Below are positions 58,923-64,000 of a stretch of DNA of 64,000 bases, in pieces (the stretch's first letter is position 1; each line of letters begins with the position of its first letter). The notes under the pieces were generated by a model. It was not told the origin of the DNA. It did no database searches and saw nothing but the letters and a program-made list of their open reading frames with translations. The translations under genes were made by a program, and so were the position numbers. Source of the DNA: an uncultured Rhodospirillaceae bacterium (GTDB lineage: Bacteria; Pseudomonadota; Alphaproteobacteria; UBA6615); NCBI GenBank assembly GCA_964530225.1, contig CAZHBA010000104.1:15178-79177 (forward strand), in the 5' to 3' direction.

Positions 58923-60776
58923 TCAGTTTCCGGTCGTGCCGCTTAATGGTGAGGCCTTCCAGATTTCCGTGGACTCGGCGTTCACAAAAGCCTTCACCGC
59001 GCCGTCCTCGATATGGATCACAACATCGGCGATGTTTGCTAAAGCAGGCCTGTGCGTGATCGACACCACTGTAACTTGTGGCGTCAAAGAACGTACGGTC
59101 TGAGCGATTTCCTGCTCTGTTCGGCTGTCTAGAGCGCTGGTGGCTTCATCAAGAATAAGCAGTTGCGGCCGACGCACCAAGGCGCGGGCGATACAGATAC
59201 GCTGACGTTCTCCGCCGGAAAGAGTTACACCGCGTTCACCTACCTGGGCGTCCATCCCGCGGCTAAGCCTAGATATAAAATCTTCGGCTCCGGCGCGATA
59301 AGCAGCATCAGCGATTTCGTCATCCAAATAAATGTCATCGCCCATGGTTATGTTATCGCGGATAGTTCCATTGAACAGAAACACGTCTTGCGGAACATAG
59401 CCGATGGATCGGCGCCACGCGTGCAGCTTGAGCTCCTCGAGCGGCGTATCGTCGATCAGGATTTGGCCTTCCTGCGGCTGAACTAAACCGACTAGCAGAT
59501 CGGCAAGCGTCGTTTTGCCAGCACCAGAACCTCCCAGCAGACACACGAACTCGCCAGCGCAAATCCGCAGGTCCATATTCTTGATGATAGGAGCGGTTGG
59601 CGCCTCGGCCTCGGATGACTGAAAATATAGATCGCCAGCCTCTCCTCCGTCTGTGGAATAGGCGAAGCCAACACCCTCGAACCGAATATCACGATTGAAT
59701 TCGACACCAGAGATATCGCCCATATCTCGCTCCTCATTGGCGCAGACATAGTCGAGCAAACCCCTTACATGGCGGTACGGCATTTCCGTCTGGGAAACCG
59801 ACTGCCACTGCTTCTGAAAGCGCCCAACAGTCTCGAGCGACCGCAGAAACACAAATGCAATGGCTAGCAGAGCCTCAATCGAGGTGGGTTTAAACGTGGA
59901 AAAAACATAAATCACACCAATCAGTGCAACCGTTCGTATGACTTCCTGTGACGAACCAAGGGCCTTCTTAAGCAGCAATAACTTGATCATAACCTGGCGG
60001 AGCACCCGAATATCTTTGTGCAATATCGGCTGCAAGTGCGCCGCCATACCCATGGCCTTCAACGGTTTCATGCCCATCAAGCTGTCGATTAGACGCGTCG
60101 AAAAACTCGACATCAACATGGTCAAACGACGGCTGTTGCGCTGGGTGCTGCCAATAAAGCGGGCCAACAGAAGCAACATTAAAGCGCCGACCGCGATGGC
60201 GCCGAGGGTAACTTCCCAGGAAATGATTAGTGCCGAAATCAGATAGGCAATGGCCTGTAGGGTCGTTGCGACAATGTCGGCAAACTGCGAATAAAGCTGG
60301 CCATAACTTTGTGAGGCATTAGTAATCGCGTTGGAGAGTCGGCCAGTTGGCTGCCGCGTAAACACTTCCCAGCGTGCTTGGAGCAGGCCAGAAATTAAGT
60401 CGCGTCTTATTTCCTCGACCGCTTGCGATTGCGCCACGCTAACCTGAATCTGAGCGACCAAAGTGGCGCCCACTTTGAGAACGATCACAACCAGGATGAA
60501 TCCCAGAAGAGCCTCGAGCGTGAACGGTATCCCATACCTTTCGAAGGCGCTGACAAAGCCTTGAATGACCGGATGGGGTTCTGCCGCCATATCCGCACCC
60601 TCGAGAAACACCCCGATAGCCGGAAGCAACGCGAGGACTCCAATTCCATCCAGAATAGCGGAGATCAATAGAAAGGCGACCGATAGCGACATCTGCACCG
60701 GCCGCGTTCGAGCAACGCCAAATAATAGCGAGACACGGCCCGCCGTCGATATATTCTTGGAGCGTTTAACCGTCAT
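58923..60776 (-). CDS. ABC exporter, fused transmembrane + ATPase domains (MsbA/PglK-like lipid-linked-glycan or lipid flippase family)
   Basis: Six-helix N-terminal TMD. C-terminal NBD with Walker A LLGGSGAGKTT, signature LSGGERQR and Walker B LLILDEATSALD. 617 aa. Confidence 0.8.
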   Translation of the reverse strand: MTVKRSKNISTAGRVSLLFGVARTRPVQMSLSVAFLLISAILDGIGVLALLPAIGVFLEGADMAAEPHPVIQGFVSAFERYGIPFTLEALLGFILVVIVLKVGATLVAQIQVSVAQSQAVEEIRRDLISGLLQARWEVFTRQPTGRLSNAITNASQSYGQLYSQFADIVATTLQAIAYLISALIISWEVTLGAIAVGALMLLLLARFIGSTQRNSRRLTMLMSSFSTRLIDSLMGMKPLKAMGMAAHLQPILHKDIRVLRQVMIKLLLLKKALGSSQEVIRTVALIGVIYVFSTFKPTSIEALLAIAFVFLRSLETVGRFQKQWQSVSQTEMPYRHVRGLLDYVCANEERDMGDISGVEFNRDIRFEGVGFAYSTDGGEAGDLYFQSSEAEAPTAPIIKNMDLRICAGEFVCLLGGSGAGKTTLADLLVGLVQPQEGQILIDDTPLEELKLHAWRRSIGYVPQDVFLFNGTIRDNITMGDDIYLDDEIADAAYRAGAEDFISRLSRGMDAQVGERGVTLSGGERQRICIARALVRRPQLLILDEATSALDSRTEQEIAQTVRSLTPQVTVVSITHRPALANIADVVIHIEDGAVKAFVNAESTEIWKASPLSGTTGN

Positions 60777-60873
60777 GGTCGCCCTCGCGTTTGAGGCAAC
60801 CCACCAAGAAGGATCCCGCGCACTAGCGCAGAACTAGTGGCAATGGGCGAACGTACCGTTTTTTTAAGGTTGT

Positions 60874-61362
60874 TCATACGACTCTAATGTGACTGAGCGG
60901 TGTCGTGACCTTGACTTGACGACCCATCAGGTGAAGCAAGACCTCGGCACGCCGATGTCCAGGTAGGCGAATAATTACACCGAACTGCTGATCCAGCGGG
61001 CCATCGGCCAGAACGACTTTATCCCCGGCCCGCAGTGAGGGATCTTCTGGCTGAAGCATGATCAGCCCGTCCGCATTTTCACGGCTCATGATTTCCTCGA
61101 CAACACCGGCAGGCACAGCGCTTGGTTTGGGTCCAAACTGCACGAGATTGGCGACGCCAAAAGTACCGTTCACCGACCGCCAGCGCGCCGTTTCAAGATC
61201 CAGTTCCACAAAGAGGTAACGCGGAAATAGCGGGATACGGCGAACGTTCGCTCGGACACCAGCAATATAAGGGCAGTAGCTGCGAAAACCCTGCCGCTGC
61301 AGGTTGATTTCGGCCACCCGCTCTGAGCTTGGCTTCGTCCGGACGACAAACCAGCAGCTCAC
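60874..61362 (-). CDS. NusG-paralog transcription antiterminator (RfaH/UpxY/LoaP-like)
   Basis: GTG 61362 (GGAGA RBS 7 nt upstream) gives (M)SCWFVVRTKPSSERVAEINLQRQGF…, the NGN-domain start typical of NusG paralogs. C-terminal KOW-like segment (…GDKVVLADGPLDQQFGVII…). The 500 nt upstream within the same long ORF are low-complexity Gly/Arg/Cys-rich and not protein-like. GTGA overlap with the regulator gene upstream. Confidence 0.65.
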   Translation of the reverse strand: MSCWFVVRTKPSSERVAEINLQRQGFRSYCPYIAGVRANVRRIPLFPRYLFVELDLETARWRSVNGTFGVANLVQFGPKPSAVPAGVVEEIMSRENADGLIMLQPEDPSLRAGDKVVLADGPLDQQFGVIIRLPGHRRAEVLLHLMGRQVKVTTPLSHIRVV

Positions 61363-62030
61363 TTTAGGTCTCCACGATTTACCAGCCCAGCCCGAGAAAT
61401 CTTCAACAGCCCAGCAGCAAATACATTTTGCTTGCCGAGCCTCTCTGACCACAGGTCGTAACTCTTCTGGGGGGACCGCATATCGCTGATGATAACCGCC
61501 TCCACCGAGTCCAAGTCCACGAGATCGGCAACCACTGGCAGACCCGCAACCCGACCCCCGGCCGCCGAAGCATCTACAATGCCGGTAATTTCCAAGGTGC
61601 TGTCCAGTGCGGTCAGGGCCATAATCTCGGCCAAATCTCCGGCTCCAACCAAGGCAAGCCGTTTTTTTTGATGCTGCTCCGCTAACGCGCAAACTTCCTT
61701 GGCCTGTTCTCGCGCGAGCCGAAAAAATTCCAGCGATGTGGAAAGATACTCCCCCGTCAGCCTTGCTTTTTCCGTAAACCCTATTGGCGTTAAGTAATAG
61801 GCATACCGATTGGCAGGCACTTGCTGGACCTTTACCCAACCTTTCTTGATGCATCTTTTCAGATAAGCGTTGGCGAGGCCCAATGCGATTCCAAGCTCTT
61901 TTGCCAGACTGCGTTGGGAAAGAGTGCTGCTTTCTTCAATCGCGGACAGCATCCCGAGCGTAATCGTTACCTCGTTGGAGGTCTGTTCATCGGCTGTATC
62001 TAGCTCCAGCTTTCTCTTGTTATCGTTCAT
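61359..62030 (-). CDS. Winged-helix transcriptional regulator with C-terminal Rossmann-like domain
   Basis: N-terminal wHTH (…LSQRSLAKELGIALGLANAYLKRCIKKGWV…) and C-terminal …RLALVGAGDLAEIMALTAL…ITGIVD… domain. 223 aa. The start codon lies inside a GTTCA-N5-TGAAC palindrome. Confidence 0.55.
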   Translation of the reverse strand: MNDNKRKLELDTADEQTSNEVTITLGMLSAIEESSTLSQRSLAKELGIALGLANAYLKRCIKKGWVKVQQVPANRYAYYLTPIGFTEKARLTGEYLSTSLEFFRLAREQAKEVCALAEQHQKKRLALVGAGDLAEIMALTALDSTLEITGIVDASAAGGRVAGLPVVADLVDLDSVEAVIISDMRSPQKSYDLWSERLGKQNVFAAGLLKISRAGLVNRGDLK

Positions 62031-62061
62031 ACTATGAACATAGAGTGTTCACGCCATGAAC
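62025..62061. promoter_or_regulatory. Two tandem inverted repeats GTTCA-N5-TGAAC (62025-62039 and 62047-62061) in the divergent promoter region; candidate operator
   Basis: Perfect 5-5-5 palindromes GTTCATACTATGAAC and GTTCACGCCATGAAC spaced 22 bp centre to centre. The first contains the ATG of the minus-strand regulator. They lie between the divergently transcribed regulator/NusG operon and the 62326 gene. Confidence 0.5.
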
Positions 62062-62325
62062 GTCAAGCGTTGTGCCGTTGTGCGGACAGTCATAATCACC
62101 GCTGCCTTAACACTGTCTTAACTAAGATGTCAGCGAATCATGGTAAGGACCCGCAATGATCATGACTGCCCCAGTTTCATTCTTGGCGCATCGCGCCATG
62201 TTGATTGGTCTGGTAACAAGAGGCAGAGTGGCCCGGGGGATTTCACGCCGAGTAATTTCTATGCTTGAGGTTGACAGAAGCGGCGCGTTAACAAAACACC
62301 CCCTTTACGCACATAAGATAAATCC

Positions 62326-63411
62326 ATGACGAGTGTAAAAATCATCGGAGCCGGGTCGATTGGCAACCACCTGGCGCATGCCGCGCGTAGCAAAAGCTGG
62401 GACGTGACACTTTGTGATATCAACCCCGAGGCCCTGGAACGCACCAAAACATCGATTTATCCGTCACGTTATGACAGTTGGGATAATTCTATCCACCTAA
62501 CCACAATTGATGATGCACCACGCGGAGAATTTGACTGGATTTTCATCGGCACGCCACCGGACGTTCACATGACCCTTGCTCTAGACGCTCTGGAAGAGCA
62601 TCCGCGCGGAATTTTGATCGAAAAGCCACTTGCAACCCCGAACCTCGCCAATTGCCAGGATGTGATCGACAAGGCCACAGAACTCGGCGTCAGAGCATTT
62701 GTTGGCTACGACCACGTCGTTTCCAGTAGCGCCCAAAGGTTCTGCGAACATGCGCGCAATCTGAAGGGCGTCAAAACGCTCGACGTTTCTTTCCGGGAGC
62801 ACTGGCAAGGTATCTTTAACGCCCACCCTTGGCTGTCGGGCCCTTCGGATACTTATCTCGGATTCTGGAAACGCGGCGGTGGCGCTTGCGGAGAGCACTC
62901 GCATGCGCTCAACTTATGGCAGCATTTCGGCCATGTTCTGGGCGCGGGCCGGATTAATGTTGTCTCAGCTATGATGGATTACGTTGAGCGCGACGGGGCA
63001 AGCTATGATCAGCTTGCCTTGATAAACCTTGGGACTGAAACAGGCTTGATCGGACGCGTGGTCCAGGATGTGGTGACACATCCTCCGTTAAAGTGGGCCC
63101 GCCTACAAGGTGACGAGGCAGCGGTCGAATGGCAATGTATCCCCTCGCCTTATCAGGATATCGTGCGAACTAACGGCATCACACCCGACGAGGAAGTGTT
63201 CGCGAAAACACGGCCGCAGGACTTCATACAGGAACTTGACCATCTCGAGCATGTAGTAACCACAGGCGACCTATCGCCGATCGATCTGGAGCGCGGCCTG
63301 GATTCTATGCTGGTAATAGCCGCAGCGCATATTTCCGCCCAGCAGGGTTGTGCCGTTGAGATCAACTATGAAGTGGGATATTCCAGCGAGGCGTTACGGC
63401 CCACCCCGTAA
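62326..63411 (+). CDS. Gfo/Idh/MocA-family NAD-dependent oxidoreductase (sugar-nucleotide dehydrogenase-like)
   Basis: VKIIGAGSIGNHLAHAA Rossmann start and …ILIEKPLA… motif. 361 aa. Confidence 0.65.
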   Translation: MTSVKIIGAGSIGNHLAHAARSKSWDVTLCDINPEALERTKTSIYPSRYDSWDNSIHLTTIDDAPRGEFDWIFIGTPPDVHMTLALDALEEHPRGILIEKPLATPNLANCQDVIDKATELGVRAFVGYDHVVSSSAQRFCEHARNLKGVKTLDVSFREHWQGIFNAHPWLSGPSDTYLGFWKRGGGACGEHSHALNLWQHFGHVLGAGRINVVSAMMDYVERDGASYDQLALINLGTETGLIGRVVQDVVTHPPLKWARLQGDEAAVEWQCIPSPYQDIVRTNGITPDEEVFAKTRPQDFIQELDHLEHVVTTGDLSPIDLERGLDSMLVIAAAHISAQQGCAVEINYEVGYSSEALRPTP

Positions 63412-63430
63412 CGGTGAATCGGAGATTGAA

Positions 63431-64000
63431 ATGATAGCAGACGCGTTGCCATACGACTTCGGCGGCCTTGTCGTATTCGACCTCGCCAACAATCACCAGG
63501 GCGACGTCGATCATGGCTGCAATATTATCCGGACCATGGGCGATCTAGCGCGCAAGCATGGCGTGCGGGCGGCCATGAAGTTTCAATTCCGCCAACTGGA
63601 TAGCTTCATCCACAAGGCCCACCTAAGTGGTAGCGAGAACAAGCACGTCTCACGTTTCCTGTCGACACGGCTGGACCGGGCCGCCGTGCAAAGTCTTTTC
63701 GACGAAGTGAAAACAGCTGGCTTAATATCCATGTGCACGCCCTTCGACGAGGCTTCGGTCGACGTCATCCAGGAAATGGGCTTCGACATTCTAAAGATCG
63801 CCAGCTGTTCCGCGACTGACTGGCCGCTCCTGGAGAAGGCGACCAACTCCGGCCTCCCTATCGTGTGCTCCACCGGTGGCCTGGACCTGTCCCAGATCGA
63901 CGATCTCTATAGCTTCTTTACCCACCGTGGTGTTGACTTTGGCTTGATGCATTGCGTGTCTATCTATCCCACACCTCCAAACATGCTGGAATTAAACCAG
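63431..64000 (+). CDS. Third NeuB-family (sialic-acid-synthase-like) protein, 3'-partial at window edge
   Basis: Open frame from ATG 63431 (GGAG RBS 7 nt upstream) to the end of the window without a stop, so it is absent from the ORF track. …VVFDLANNHQGD… (variant of the EIGINHNG block), …LPIVCSTGG…, …GLMHCVSIYPTP… match NeuB-family block order. Confidence 0.6.
   Translation, partial: MIADALPYDFGGLVVFDLANNHQGDVDHGCNIIRTMGDLARKHGVRAAMKFQFRQLDSFIHKAHLSGSENKHVSRFLSTRLDRAAVQSLFDEVKTAGLISMCTPFDEASVDVIQEMGFDILKIASCSATDWPLLEKATNSGLPIVCSTGGLDLSQIDDLYSFFTHRGVDFGLMHCVSIYPTPPNMLELNQ

Noticed and set aside
61363-61854. Upstream 164 aa of the 326-aa ORF containing the NusG paralog (Gly/Arg/Cys-rich, GGRGSGCGSASGC…)
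   Set aside because: Low-complexity sequence, and it overlaps the well-supported regulator gene on the same strand in another frame. The NGN domain begins at the GTG 61362, which has its own RBS.
1-64000. CRISPR arrays, rRNA genes, IS/transposase or integrase genes
   Set aside because: Looked for spaced direct repeats, 16S/23S-like segments and DDE/tyrosine-recombinase motifs; found none. The only mobile-element evidence is the tRNA 3'-end repeat and the compositional anomalies described above.

Overview
High-GC (~60-65%) chromosomal segment that looks alphaproteobacterial: a GcrA cell-cycle regulator is present, and the hemC-hemD-hemX-hemY / tsaD / gpsA / acs / rsmB / rpe neighbourhood is typical. 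The window has three parts. (1) 1-6.4 kb: accessory-looking genes, namely a GST fragment, a secreted SnoaL-like protein, a decayed GNAT gene, a cupin, and an oxygenase cluster (two tandem 2OG-Fe(II) oxygenase paralogs, a UbiH/COQ6-family flavin monooxygenase, an adrenodoxin-type ferredoxin and a ferritin-like diiron protein). (2) 6.4-12.3 kb: a tRNA-Thr(CGU) integration hotspot. An imperfect ~36-bp direct repeat of the tRNA 3' end lies 3.5 kb away and brackets three acyl-CoA-metabolism genes, one carrying an internal deletion. On the other side of the tRNA sit a frameshifted, 5'-truncated flavoprotein pseudogene and a ~1.1-kb AT-rich insert encoding only an orphan lipoprotein. This is followed by conserved housekeeping genes (12.6-27.6 kb). 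(3) 27.7-64 kb, the most interesting part: a very large glycan biosynthesis locus, mostly on the minus strand, running past the window edge. It appears to be transcribed as a ~29-kb translationally coupled operon (many ATGA/GTGA overlaps) headed by a wHTH regulator plus a NusG-paralog antiterminator. It encodes a complete pseudaminic-acid pathway (PseB, PseC, PseG-GNAT fusion, PseH-like GNAT, PseI-like synthase, cytidylyltransferase). It also encodes a second NeuC/NeuB/NeuA nonulosonic-acid pathway, a third NeuB-family synthase at the window edge, and three cytidylyltransferase domains in total. A sugar-nucleotide-remodelling module follows (cytidylyltransferase::class-III aminotransferase fusion, PIG-L deacetylase, ATP-grasp ligase, Gfo/Idh/MocA oxidoreductase). 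Further genes are a sulfotransferase plus a CysN(degenerate)-CysC APS-kinase fusion, three methyltransferases, four GT4/GT1-like glycosyltransferases, three TagF/KpsC-KpsS-like GT-B proteins (two of them tandem paralogs), a UDP-GlcNAc-dehydrogenase-family enzyme and a PglK/MsbA-like ABC exporter. No CRISPR array, rRNA, transposase or integrase gene was recognised. All functional calls are from motif and family recognition by eye; no database search was run.
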